DNA from: Octopus vulgaris
Lineage: Eukaryota
DNA length: 64,000 nt
Assembly (NCBI GenBank): GCA_951406725.2
Contig: OX597823.1
Span: 21,886,001 to 21,950,000 of the forward strand
Direction: 5' to 3'
Made by a program: the position numbers and the translations under genes
Shown here: one piece after another, positions 37,700 through 50,470 of the stretch
How positions within the stretch are numbered: position 1 is the stretch's first letter
Layout: every line of letters begins with the position of its first letter
The notes under the pieces: model-generated
Databases searched by the model: none
What the model saw: the letters and a program-made list of their open reading frames with translations, nothing else
What the model was told of the DNA's origin: nothing

Positions 37700-37995
37700 G
37701 TGAGGAATTTTTGATATGAGTTTTGTATGCCAAGTACAGTCAAAGGCTTTATTAGTGCTGAGAGAAACACCATAACTTTCACTGAACTCATCTAAAGTGA
37801 GAGCTCACTGGTGTCTGAAGTGAGGGAGTAGGTGTTCAGTGGATCTTGCTGTGTGGAAGCTGTACCGGTGGTAACTGAGAAGGGAGAGAGAGAGATTAAA
37901 GTTCATGGAGAACATCATTGTTAGTGGGCATTTCCATTATCTTGGAGGTATTAGAAACAGGTGCAATGGGGCAATATTTGACTGGATTTGAGAAA
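37700..37995 (-). mobile_element. Decayed CR1/Jockey-group LINE RT fragment
   Basis: Frameshifted NPVKYCPIAPVSNTSKIME...YSFHTARST...KAFD.TWH correspond to YRPI, QYGFR..RST and KAFD.VWH. Confidence 0.6.
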
Positions 37996-38283
37996 TTGCT
38001 TTTTTTTTAAACGGGACGCACTGAGACGTGTTTCAAGATCTCAGCGTGTATCCCTGTAGATAGTGAAAGAATAAAGAATTTGTTGGGTATAAAGAGCATA
38101 TTTCTGGGGCTCAGTGTGTATGGGTACTGGAAAGGACACTTTAAGGGCTGGTGGGTTTGTTTAAAGCAGCTGGAGTGGGTTTTTTTTCCACACTTGGTAG
38201 TGTGTGTTAAACGGGAAGAGCATCGTTTAATGGGGACGTGAGAGCCATTTGTAGCAGGATATGTGATCTCACAGAGGCTCCTT

Positions 38284-38346
<63 letters not shown>

Positions 38347-38824
38347 CTGTGAGTGTGTGTGTGTGTCCTTTCCACATATAAACTAGATAAACATGGTGTA
38401 AATTTTATGTTCTATTTCCTGCAGACACACACGCAAACATGCACACATGTACATGTACATATATGTGCACACATACACACACAAGCACACACACACACAC
38501 ACACACACACACAAGCACACACACACACACACACACACGCACACACACACCTATTTGTAGATAGTCTACTCTTCTTTCACAAACAACGTAGACAATTTTG
38601 TGTATTTGTGCATAACAGACACAAATACAATATACACACAAGGCGCATACACACATATACACATACCTACATATTCGTAGGTTCAGAAAGAAGGCTTTGT
38701 ACATGCTTCCAACTTCCTCCGGACTGTTTACAAACCCACAAGAAAATGTAAGTTACTCTAGATTTATTCATATATATATACATAAGTGTGTTCATATGAT
38801 TACCTGAAATTCATCTGTGTATAA

Positions 38825-38881
<57 letters not shown>

Positions 38882-39256
38882 AAGTATAAATAGTGTCAAA
38901 AGGAAGAGGGAGTACGATTCAACAGCTGGTTAATGACCACTATACAAGTCTTATTTCTTACACACGAGGAATGCCTAAGCCTAGAATTGGTGGTAAACCA
39001 TAATACTGCCAGGTATCTGGTAATTCTAAGGGTGAACAGGCTCTATTTTGTAGTCTAATATGTTGTTCACGGAATACACCTCAAATATATATCATCATCA
39101 TCATCATCATCGTTTAGCGTCCGCTTTCCATGCTAGCATGGGTTGGACGGGTCAACTGGGGTCTGTGAAGCTGGAAGGCTTCGTCAGGCCCAGTCAGATC
39201 TGGCAGTGTTTCTACGGCTGGATGCCCTTCCTAACGCCAACCACTCCGCGAGTGTA

Positions 39257-39765
39257 GTGGGTGTTTTTTACGTGCCACCTGCACAGGTGCCAGACAGAGC
39301 TGGCGAACAGCCATGAACGGATGGTGCTTTTACGTGTCACCGGCACGGGGCCAGGCGATGCTGGCAACGGACACGAACGGACGGTGCTTTGAACGGACGT
39401 GCTTTTACGTGTCACCGGCACGGGGGCCAGCCGAGGCTGGCAACGGATGCGAACGGATGGTGCTTTTACGTGCCACCGACACGGGGCCAGACAGAGCTGG
39501 CAAAGCGGCCACGAACGGATGGTGCTTTTACGTGCCACCGACACGGGGCCAGACAGAGCTGGCAAACGGCCACGAACGGACGGTGCTTTTACGGGTCACC
39601 GGCACGGGGCCAGGCGAGGCTGGCAACGAACACGAACGGATGGTGCTTTTACGTGCCACCGACACGGGGCCAGACAGAGCTGGCAAACGGCCATGAGCGA
39701 ATGGTGCTTTTACGTATCACCGGCACGGGTGCCAGACGAGGCTGACAGCGGACACGAACGGATGG
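39257..39765 (-). repeat. About 60-bp tandem hairpin array in the RTE 3' UTR (about 8 units)
   Basis: Recurring ACGGATGGTGCTTTTACGTG(C/T)CACCG(A/G)CACGGGG plus GCCAG-ACAGAG-CTGGC or GCCAG-GCGAGG-CTGGC. Confidence 0.9.
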
Positions 39766-39812
39766 GTCACTTAACCCCTGCTTTCTGATATATGATTTGA
39801 TTTTGATTGTGC

Positions 39813-41207
39813 TCACTGGTCTTGCCGGGTCTTCTCACGCACAGCATACTTCCATAGGTCTCGGTCTCTGGTCATTTCCTTGGTGAGACCTAGAGTTCGA
39901 AGGTCGTGCTTCACCACCTCGACCCAGGTTTTCCTGGGTCTACCTCTTCCACAGGTCCCCTCAACTGCCAGGGTGTGGCACTTTTTCACACACCTATCTT
40001 CATCCATTCTCACCACATGACCATACCAGCGCAATCGTCTCTCTTGCACACAACATCTGATTCCTCTTAGGTCCAACTTTTCTCTCAAGGTACTTACACT
40101 CTGTCGACTATGAACACTGACATTACACATCCAACGGAGCATACTAGCTTCATTTCTCGCGAGCTTACGCATGTCCTCAGCAGTCACGGCCCATGTTTCA
40201 CTGCCATGTAGCATGGCTGTTCGTACACATGCATCATAAAGTCTGCCTTTTACTCTGAGCGAGAGGCCTTTAGTCACCAACAGAGGTAAGAGCTCCCTAA
40301 ACTTTGCCCAGGCTATTCTTACTCTAGCCGTTACACATTCAGCACACCCACCCTCACTACTGACTTGGTCACCAAGATAACGAAAGCTATCAACTACTTC
40401 TAGTTTTTCCCCCTGGAAAGTGACGGGAGTTGTTTTCTGCAGATTTTCAGAGGTTAATGCTCCCGAGCATCTGCCACATACAAAAACCATCTTCCTAGTT
40501 AGCCTTCCTATGACATTGCTGCACCTCTTATGTGTCCATAGCTTACACTTGGTGCATCTTATAGAGTTTCTACCTACACCTTTTCTACAGATCGAGCAGG
40601 GCCATCTACCTGAAGGCGTTTGTGATTTGTCTACCTTCCTACTTATTAGGACTTTGGTTTTAGCTAGGTTGACTCTAAGGCCCTTCGATTCTAAACCATG
40701 CTTCCACACCTGAAACTTCTTCTCCAGTTCTGATAATGACTCAGCAATTAGAGCAAGGTCATCAGCATAGAGGAGCTCCCAGGGGCATCCTGTCTTGAAT
40801 TCCTCCGTTATTGCCTGGAGGACTATGATAAATAGGAGGGGGCTGAGGACTGAGCCTTGGTGGACCCCTACCTCTACCCGGAATTCTTCACTGTACTCAT
40901 TTCCAACCCTCACCTTACTAGCAGCGTCCCTGTACATGGCTTGCACAGCTCTCACTAACCATTCTTCTATTCCTAGTTTCCTCATTGACCACCATATGAG
41001 GGATCGGGGGACCCTGTCGAAGGCTTTCTCCATGTCAACAAAAGCCAGGTACAGGGCCTTATCTTTGGCTAGGTATTTCTCCTGCAGCTGCCTTACCAGG
41101 AATATAGCATCAGTGGTACTTTTCCCTGGCACGAAACCAAACTGCATCTCATCTAAACTAACTAACTCTCTAATTAGTTGGCTTATGACCCTCTCTGTAA
41201 CCTTCAT
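39813..41207 (-). CDS. RTE reverse transcriptase (N-terminally truncated, 464 aa open) with inserted PHD-type finger
   Basis: QFGFVPGKSTTDAI, FVDMEKAFDRV, GVHQGSVLSPLLF, YADD (40758-40769), FRYLG, LHGSETW, RLRWYGHV, GRGRPRKTW. Confidence 0.93.
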   Translation of the reverse strand: MKVTERVISQLIRELVSLDEMQFGFVPGKSTTDAIFLVRQLQEKYLAKDKALYLAFVDMEKAFDRVPRSLIWWSMRKLGIEEWLVRAVQAMYRDAASKVRVGNEYSEEFRVEVGVHQGSVLSPLLFIIVLQAITEEFKTGCPWELLYADDLALIAESLSELEKKFQVWKHGLESKGLRVNLAKTKVLISRKVDKSQTPSGRWPCSICRKGVGRNSIRCTKCKLWTHKRCSNVIGRLTRKMVFVCGRCSGALTSENLQKTTPVTFQGEKLEVVDSFRYLGDQVSSEGGCAECVTARVRIAWAKFRELLPLLVTKGLSLRVKGRLYDACVRTAMLHGSETWAVTAEDMRKLARNEASMLRWMCNVSVHSRQSVSTLREKLDLRGIRCCVQERRLRWYGHVVRMDEDRCVKKCHTLAVEGTCGRGRPRKTWVEVVKHDLRTLGLTKEMTRDRDLWKYAVREKTRQDQ

Positions 41208-41674
41208 ATATATATATAACAATATTAATAATAGGGATTACTGCAATGTTGCAAAGCATTACCTTAAATTCTTTCCTTTATATTACCATCTTATATGGAC
41301 CAACACATGTTTCTGAGAGCGACTGGTAATTGTTTTGGTGTGATCCCTTACTTTTTACACACACACACACATACATATATATGTATTTTTGTTCAGTTTT
41401 ATTTCAAGATTTCTTGCCAGTAGAGAAAGAACCGGTTTTTAACCTAGATTCAACGCTTTCTCATTGGAATATCAACATCAACAACAGGGTATTTTTGTTT
41501 GTATATATGTATGTATGTATGTATGTATGTTTGTATGTATGTATGTATTTTTGTATGTATGTATGTATGTATTTTTGTATGTATGTATGAATATGTGCAG
41601 TTTTGAATGTTTTATGTATGTATCCTCATGCATTTAGCTACATATCTAGACATGCTCATATATATATATATATT

Positions 41675-41900
41675 TAAACGATAAACTTTTGGAAAGTTTT
41701 TAGAGATTTTTACAGTTCCAGTGATGGATTGGATCTGTAGTCTTCGAATCAGCTTTCTCCATTCTGGTTTCGAGAAGCCTAATTTCTCAAAATTAGCATT
41801 TAGGCAGTGTGATACATATTCCCGAACTCCAATAATTACAGGTATAAACCTGAACTTGTAATCTGGATAGAGTAACTGCAGATTTCTCGATAGTTTTGCA
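41675..41900 (-). mobile_element. R4/Dong-like (REL endonuclease) LINE 3' fragment
   Basis: LQLLYPDYKFRFIPVIIG...EKLGF...IRRLQIQSITGTVKI, similar to the post-REL motif IPVIIGALG...LQK..LLGT..I. Confidence 0.65.
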
Positions 41901-42073
41901 TGTCTGTCTGTCTGTCTGACTGTCTGTCTGTCTGTATGTCTGTCAATGCATGCCAAAGTAAAAATGTGTGAGCCATGTTCCCAGTAAGTTGCAGCTGACT
42001 TGACCATGATGACATATCTCAAGCCAACAGGGAAAATAGGCATAAAATAATGATTATGGCAATGATGACATAT

Positions 42074-42119
<46 letters not shown>

Positions 42120-42244
42120 TGATGTGCGTGGTTTTATATAATCAAATTGTTACCTAACACTCTGTTGTACTTCTGGTGCAAGACTGTTTAGTAAGATTAG
42201 CCCTGATGGATATACAATACTATACACTTCTGATTATGTATATA

Positions 42245-42472
42245 CAGGGTTGACCAAAAGTAACCTGACAGTAAATCAAAACCATTTTATTCCAAAATTT
42301 ATTTATGTTTAACACTTCTTAAATGAATTTAATAAAAGCATGAAACAACATGAAAATTGTTCAAGCTGAAGTCCTACTTGAGCGACACATTTTTCTGTTT
42401 GAGTCAATACAGAGTTACAGATAGTATTTATGGAAATTTGATTTACTGTCAGGTGGCTTATGTCCAACCCTG
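42245..42472. mobile_element. Tc1/mariner MITE
   Basis: TA|CAGGGTTGACCAAAAGTAACCTGACAGTAAATCAAA...TTTGATTTACTGTCAGGTGGCTTATGTCCAACCCTG|TA. Confidence 0.85.
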
Positions 42473-42777
42473 TATATATCATCAACCAAATATACTTAAC
42501 ATATATGCTTTGTGTATTTGACAGTGGGCTGCTATGGGTGCAGTTTGGTGATATACTCTCTCAAAGCATATATACTCTCTCAAAGTGCTGGGTGTTATGT
42601 ATCCCACCGTGTCAATAGCAGGCCACCAGCAAATACACGAAGCATGTATGTTAAGTATATGTGGCTAATGATGTCTATTGTACTAAATCTGCCTATGTGC
42701 ATGTGTGTTATTTTGTTGTTGTTGTTGTTGTGTGTGTGTGTGTGTGTATATATGCTTAAATGAGTGTGCGTGTGTAC

Positions 42778-42810
<33 letters not shown>

Positions 42811-42811
42811 A

Positions 42812-43017
42812 AGTTAATCCAAACAAGAAAGCACAAAAAAACACAACAACGCGAGGACGTGGAACAAATATAGTATTATTGGACGCTCAGGAAAGAAGGA
42901 AAGAAGGAGGGTTTAACGTTTCGAGCGGAGCTCTTCGTCGGAAACATAGGAGAAGGAAAGATCCAAAGAAGGGAAGACAGAGGAAAAAAAATCGCCAACG
43001 GTACACACGAGGTCACA
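42812..43017 (-). mobile_element. Short Penelope-like repeat with hammerhead (family E1)
   Basis: About 205 bp between (TA)n tracts; GTTT-CCGACGA-A-GAGC tcc GCTC-GAAA-CG-TT-AAAC at 42911-42945. Confidence 0.7.
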
Positions 43018-43059
43018 TATATATATACACACACACACACACATACACACACTAATATA

Positions 43060-43111
43060 CAGAAACTGAAAGAAGCCCATTATATATATATATATATATA
43101 CACGCATATAC

Positions 43112-43166
<55 letters not shown>

Positions 43167-43380
43167 GCGGGGTGTTTTTTGCCTGTGTTTGTTCCCCCAC
43201 CATCGCTTGTCAACCAATGCTGGTGTGTTTACATCCCTGTAACTTAGCGGTTCAGCAAAAGGGACTGATAGAATAAGCGCTAGGCTTACAAAGAATAAGT
43301 CCTGGGGTCAATTTGTTCAGCTAATGGCGGTGCTCCAGCATGGCCACAGTCAAATGACTGAAACAAGTAAAAGAATAAAA
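43060..43380 (+). mobile_element. SINE A, 3' two-thirds
   Basis: AGAAACTGAAAGAAGCCC to ...GAAACAAGTAAAAGA. Confidence 0.85.
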
Positions 43381-43609
43381 GAGAAAAAGATAGAAATATA
43401 TATTCATGTTTTGAGTTCTATTTTTCCTGTTTGCATTGCCAAACCTCTCTCTGTGTGTGTGTGTGTGTGTGTGCATAAATACACACACACACACACACAC
43501 ACACAGGCACAAATGTATTTAGGTTAAATATTTTATATATATTCATCTATATAGGTATATATATCATCATCATTTAATATTTGTTTTCCAGGCTATATAT
43601 ATATATATA

Positions 43610-43790
43610 TAACGGGAAGCTTTATGAAAATAAACAAAAGACGAAGGCAGGGGGAATACAAACAAACAATTGTATTAGTATGGCGCTCAGGAATATAAAT
43701 AAAACAAGTCTTTTACGTTTCGAGCCTACGCTCTTCAACAGAAAGATACACAGAAAAGAAACACGGAGAGAAACAAGGAGAGAAAAAAAT
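43610..43790 (-). mobile_element. Short hammerhead-like repeat, family E2
   Basis: TCTTT-CTGTTGA-A-GAGC gtag GCTC-GAAA-CG-TA-AAAGA at 43709-43746. Confidence 0.65.
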
Positions 43791-43861
43791 TAAGGCAGAT
43801 GTTAAACGATGATGATGATACATACATACATACATACATATATATACATACATACATACAT

Positions 43862-43919
<58 letters not shown>

Positions 43920-44274
43920 GAATATGTATGTGCCTGAGTGTGAAATATTTTCTAAAACTAAGCAGTTATTAATACAAATTTTTTCCACAAATTGAACTCA
44001 TACCCTGGTTTTATTAATTCACTCAAATACTTCAACACTATTTCATAAACTCTCATGTTTCCACCTTATACAATTTCTATATATATCTTACCTCTAACTT
44101 TCATATAGATAAAGAAAAAATAATATTGAGAAATTTCTATACTGGTGACTTCCCCCCCACCTATTTTCAGGTGTCACACTCATTGCAAACACTTTAATTT
44201 TATCACCAAACTATTGTTCGATGATAGAACCTTGTACTTCTGCTTTTTGTTTAATAGATGTTTACTTAAAGATA

Positions 44275-44319
<45 letters not shown>

Positions 44320-44395
44320 CACAGACACATATATACACAAACACATACATACACAAACACATACACAGACACATATATATCTATATATATTATAT

Positions 44396-44452
<57 letters not shown>

Positions 44453-44714
44453 ATCACGTGATCAACCAGTCCATCAGATGTAGTTACACATCGCTGGTCA
44501 CAATGCGTTCGCATTGTTTTAGCCTTCGAATGACGCCATCCCACTGGCTAAGCGAGCAATATATATATATATACATATAATATATGTATATATGTGTGTA
44601 TGTATGTGCATATATATATTGTGTGTGTGTATATATATATACATGTGTTTGTCTGTAAACATACATGTATATTTTATCTTTTACTTGTTTCAGTCATTAG
44701 ACTGCAGCCAAAAT

Positions 44715-45516
44715 TACATAAAGATATCTTGAGATACTAAAGAGTAAATTTATTCGATAAAATCGCCATTGACTTCAACCATGGCCTCCAGATGACTTCA
44801 GAATCACCTGCAAAATCTTCTGGATGGTCTCCTTGTTTAAGTTGGTGAATGCTGCCATAATCCTTACCTTCAGTTCATCTTTGTTGTTACAAGGAGTCTT
44901 GTTGATCTCTCGCTCAACTGCGCTCCACACAATAATTAAGGAAGTTGCAGTCTGGGGAGTAAGGTGGCCAGAATTTAGGGGTGATGTGGTCACAGAAATT
45001 ATCTGACAGCCATGACTGGTTACTCCTGCTTGTGTAGCATGGTTCAGAGTTCTGTTGCCAGACATAGGGTCCTTCAGTAGCCACCCTCTTGACCCAAGGC
45101 AGCACTACCTCCCCCAGGCACTTGATGTTGGCCACCGCGTTGAATCTGAGGCTGTGTGGGAAGATGAATGGTGGCATAATATCGCCATCACTAGTGATCA
45201 CTCCAAATACCATGATCTTGACTGGATGTTTGATTTTTATCACTCTTGGTACATGTCCTCAGATTGTACTGTCCTCAGATTGACACCCAAACACTCTGAA
45301 ATGTTCATATTGGAGCTTCCAGCACAAATGCCAAGCAGTACAGCATGTTGTTTCCAAATTTTTAGCAGAGTGAATTGTGTCATGGTGCTGTTTTTCTCAC
45401 AAACGGTGCCCAACTGACCCTACTATACTGTGTAGTCGACAAAATCAAAAACAAACAGTGCGCATATGTGAAATGAAATTAAAAATATACCATTTTGACA
45501 ACTTACTCATTGTACC

Positions 45517-45519
<3 letters not shown>
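44715..45519 (-). mobile_element. Tc1/mariner superfamily (maT/DD37D-like) transposon relic
   Basis: KHPVKIMVFGVITSDG...VLPWV...PYVWQQNS...WPPYSPDCNFLNY; 5' end TA|CAGGGTACAATGAG; internal deletion and frameshifts. Confidence 0.8.
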
Positions 45520-45583
<64 letters not shown>

Positions 45584-45799
45584 TGTATGTATTTATATAG
45601 ATATACATTCATATATTCTTATACATACATCTATGTATATATATATGTGTGTGTATGTGTATCTTATATATATCTCTCTCTCTCCACTCTCCTTTCTCTC
45701 TCTTTCTCTCTCTCTCTCTCTGTATGCGTATATGTGTGTGCATGCCAGCCTGTGTAAAATAATTTTGCAATCAGTGATGATGATCACACACACACACAT

Positions 45800-45831
<32 letters not shown>

Positions 45832-46984
45832 GCACACACACACACAAGCACACACACATATGTAAATAGAGAGAGTGAGGGACAGACAGATAAGGCAGAC
45901 AAAATGGTATGGATTGCCTGATGTTATTGGAGTTGTCTCCCTTGCTTTCTGTTTATAAATTTTAAACACCTTTCGAAAGCTTTTGTCTAGAAATTGCAAA
46001 GATTGTCTGAATTAATTGAAGTTTTTCAACCCACTATGTTGCATATGTGAGACTCTGTTATACACTCATACAAACATATGATCACCATCATTTTAATGTC
46101 TACTTTTCCATGCTTGCACAACTGAAACAAGATTCAGTGATGTAGACATTTTATAGCCAGATGCCCTTCCTAATGCCAACACTCACCTGTTTCCAAGTAA
46201 GGTAATATTTTCCTAGTTCTTTGAACATGGATGGCGTCATGTAAAAAGCATCCAATTCACTCTGGCATTAAGAAGGGCATCCAGCTATAAAAACCATGAC
46301 AAAAACAGACAGTAAAGCCTGGAGCAGTAAAGCCTGGAGCTTCTATCAAACTGTCCAATCCATACCAGCGTCAAAAACGGTTGTTAAATGATGATGACAA
46401 TGACGACGATACACACATAGACACGTGCATGCACACACACACACACACACACACACTGTGTGTGCATTCTTTATCCTCAAATTAAAGACCTGACCTTAGT
46501 GTTTGCACTAGACTGAACACCTCTGCTGAAGGCCCCGAGAGCTAGGTGATGGTGTGAAGGGTCCAAGAGCTAGGAAATGGTTCGAGTGTATCTGGGAGAT
46601 ATTTTATTAACCCTAAAAATACGAAAAGACATTGGTCACTTACGTGGGATTTGAACTCAAAAGGAAGGATGTAACTAAATATCACTAATGTCCCACCATT
46701 TATCATTTGTTTTACTCACAACCAATAACTAACAAGACTATTTCACAAGCATTTCAGACCAGGGCTCTTGAGGATTATCATAACCACAGGGCACAATGTC
46801 AAACTCTACACTTCCCTATATGTACATATCTGAAACTAAAACCTCTTTGACAATCTTGACCTTTTTCCATAACACCCATAGGCTCCAGTCCAACATAGAT
46901 TGCCCCACACCACACCTCACCTCTTATTAGCATGCTGACCACACATCCTGTCCCTACTCTCAGCCCTTATATCTCTTTCTCTTT

Positions 46985-47179
46985 TCTCTTTTATTTGTTT
47001 CAGTCATTTGACTGCAGCCATGCTGGAGCACCGCCTTTAATCGAGCAACTCGACCCTGGGACTTATTCTTTGTAAGCCTAGTACTTATTCTATCGGTCTC
47101 TTTTGCCAAACCGCTAAGTGACGGGGACATAAACACGCCAGCATTGGTTGTCAAGCGATGTTGGATGGGACAAACATAT

Positions 47180-47226
<47 letters not shown>

Positions 47227-47358
47227 TACGATGGGCTTCTTTCAGTTTCCGTCTACCAAATCCACTCACGGCCTGAGGCTATAGTAGAAGACATTTGCCC
47301 AAGGTGCAACGCAGTGGGACTGAACCCGGAACCATGTGGTTGGTAAACAAGCTACTTA
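46985..47358 (-). mobile_element. SINE A (head truncated)
   Basis: Consensus match. Confidence 0.88.
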
Positions 47359-47937
47359 CGTCTCTATTGACTTTACTCAAGTTTTACTTTATAAAGTGGT
47401 TGTCGGTGAATGTCTATGTTATACTATCCTACCTATGCACCACTGTCACCTTTATATCAGCAAAAGAGATTTCTAGTTAACTCTGTCTCAAAGTCTCTTC
47501 CTTCATTCCACCCACTTTCTCTATCTCTCTCTCTCTCTCTCTCTCCTAACTCCTCAAACTGCCAACAACTCTCTTTGTTGACTGTTGACATCTCTTCTTC
47601 AATCAAGGACATTTATCTCATTTTCACCACTCCCTCTCTCTATCTCTCTGTCTCTCTCTCTTTTCAGTCATTGACTGTTGTCACTTCAAACCTCACAAAT
47701 CCCATTGGCTTTCACATTCACCTCATATTGATGCCACCAATACAAACAACAACAAAACAAAACAACACAAAAAGACTAACCCTTTTACAATTCTCTACTC
47801 ACTACATCAACTTCATTCATCGATTTACCATCCCTAACTGGCCCACACATACTCCAGACACTCTAAGTTCCAAACCCAACATTTACCTGACTATATGTGT
47901 GTGTGTGTGTGTATATGTGTGTACATATATATGTATA

Positions 47938-48330
47938 TCATCATCATCATCATCATCATCGTTTAGCGTCCGTTCTCCATGCTAGCATGGGTTGGACGGT
48001 TCAACTGGGGTCTGTGAAGCCGGAAGGCTTCATCAGGCCTAGTCAGATCTGGCAGTGTTTCTACGGCTGGATGCCCTCCCTAACGCCAACCACTCCGTGA
48101 GTGTAGTGGGTGCTTTTTACGTGCCACCCGCACAGGTGCCAGACAGAGCTGGCAAACGGCCACGAACGGATGGTGCTTTTTATGTGCTACCGGCACGGGG
48201 GCCAGGAGAGGCTGGCAACGGACACGAACGGATGGTGCTTTTTACATGCCACCGGCACGAGGCCAGTCAGGGTGGCGCTGGCAACGGTCACGAATGGATG
48301 GTTCTCTTACATGCCACCGGCACTGGTAAC
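47938..48330 (-). mobile_element. RTE 3' UTR (young), with 3-4 hairpin units
   Basis: Nearly identical to 39091-39400. Confidence 0.92.
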
Positions 48331-48696
48331 ACATCTTTCTATATATAGATAGATATATGTATATATGTGTGTGTGTATATGTATACGTGTATATATATAT
48401 ATATATATATGTATATATGTGTGTGTATATATATATAAACACATAAGAAATGGCCATAATAGGACATCTGACTCACTAGAAACAGCAGCCAAACTCCAAA
48501 CCACTAATAGTTGTAATTCTGAAATGGAAAGAGAAATAAAAACGTTTACCCTATCTTTCCTGGACTATGCATAGTTTTGGCAATCTTTTGTAAATGAAAT
48601 AAAATTATTTTAATTTACAATTGGCGTTGCCATCTTCAGCAGGAAGACCACTGGTAGCGGAGAATTTTTCTAGAATTTTTTTGCTACCCTAAAATT

Positions 48697-48750
<54 letters not shown>

Positions 48751-48753
48751 ATA

Positions 48754-48802
<49 letters not shown>

Positions 48803-48853
48803 TTATATATATATATATATATATGTGTATATGTATATATGTGTGTGTGTGTG

Positions 48854-48898
<45 letters not shown>

Positions 48899-49212
48899 TA
48901 TGTATGTAATGGCAGAAATTGTTTTGGTGTAGTTACCAGTTGTAATGGTAGAAATTGATTGGTAAATAATATTATGATGATGTTGGTGTAAGCAGTGGTA
49001 ACGATAATAATTTGTGGTTATAATTGCATACGGTAGGATGTGTAAGATAGAAAATGAATGACGTTTTAAGGAAATGTTTATTTACCGTTACGTTATAAAT
49101 ACTTTGCCTCCACGGGCAGGTTGTGATAAATCCAAAAACATGCGAGAGAAAGTTAGATGTGTTTGGGTTCTCTTCATTGTTTAGTAGTAATTGCTGAGAC
49201 AGATAGAATGCT

Positions 49213-49895
49213 CTTTACTCTTTTATTTGTTTCAGTCATTTGACTGCGGCCATGCTTGAGCACCACCTTTAGTCGAGCAAATCGAATCCAGGACTTATTC
49301 TTTGTAAGCCTAGTACTTATTCTATCGGTCTCTTTTGCCGAATCGCTAAGTTACGGGGGACGTAAACACACCAGCATCGGTTGTCAAGCAATGTTGGGGG
49401 AGAAAAACCATTGTTCCACTGTGGGAAAAATTCTGTAGCAGTGTTAGATTAAATTTGGCTATAGTGGATCGAATCCACTTCATGCATGCAAGATTCACTA
49501 CAAATATATATATATTTTAGTCTTTTACTCTTATATTTGTTTCAATCATTTGATTGCAGCCATGCTGGAGCACCGCCTTTAGTCAATCAAATTGACCTCA
49601 GGACTTATTCTTTGTAAGCCTAGTACTTATTCTATCGGTCTCTTTTGTCAAACTACTACATTATGGGGACGTAAACACACCAGAATTGGTTGTCAAGTGA
49701 CAGTGGGGGAGACAAACACAAACACACAAACACACACACACATGATGGGCTTCTTTCAGTTTCCGTCTACCAAATCCACTCAGAAGGCCTGAGGTAATAG
49801 TAGAAGACACTTGCGCAAGGTGCCCCGCAATGGGGCTGAACTCAGAACCAGGTGGTTGGTAAGCAAGCTACTTACCATGCAGCCACTCCTGCACC
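49213..49895 (-). mobile_element. Two SINE A copies (49213-49400 partial; 49526-49895 full)
   Basis: Consensus match. Confidence 0.85.
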
Positions 49896-49916
49896 TATAT
49901 ATATGTATATGTGTAT

Positions 49917-49959
<43 letters not shown>

Positions 49960-50238
49960 AGTGAGTATGTGTATATATTTGTATATGTGTGTGTGTGTGT
50001 ATGTAGATATATGTGTATATATGTATATATATATATATATGTATGTATATGTATATATATATGTATATATTATTTGTATGCAGCACCTGCCCCCTCATAG
50101 AGCATTAGTTTAGAGGCAGACAATACCAAAAATAAACTCAATACGTAGTTTACTTAACTAGCAATAGTAATATTTACCTGCATCCATTTTTTCTGGACAC
50201 TATGCATTAATGGGTTAAATGATGATGATGATGATATT

Positions 50239-50470
50239 TAGGCGGCGAGCTGGCAGAATCGTTAGCATGCCGGGCGAAATGCGTAGCTGTATTTCGTCTG
50301 CCGTTACGTTCTGAGTTCAAATTCCGCCCAGGTCCACTTTGCCTTTAATCCTTTCGGGGTCGACAAATTAAGTACCAGTTACGCACTGGGGTCGATGTAA
50401 TCGACTTAATCCGTTTGTCTGTCCTTGTTTGTCCCCTCTATGTTTAGCGCCTTGTGGGTAATAAAGAAAT
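50239..50470 (+). mobile_element. SINE B1 inserted in a (GAT)n tract
   Basis: Near-consensus copy flanked by GAT repeats. Confidence 0.9.

Larger units (their letters stand above)
39091..41207 (-). mobile_element. Young RTE-clade LINE, 5'-truncated, inserted in a (TA)n context
   Basis: Open RT ORF, about 720-bp 3' UTR and (GAT)n tail at 39091-39110; no endonuclease domain left. Confidence 0.95.

Noticed and set aside
39257-39765. CRISPR-like repeat/spacer appearance
   Set aside because: The spacers are two recurring hairpins rather than unique sequences, there are no cas genes, and the array sits in a eukaryotic LINE 3' UTR
40420-41316. Plus-strand ORFs of 97 and 173 aa
   Set aside because: Antisense shadows of the RTE RT ORF
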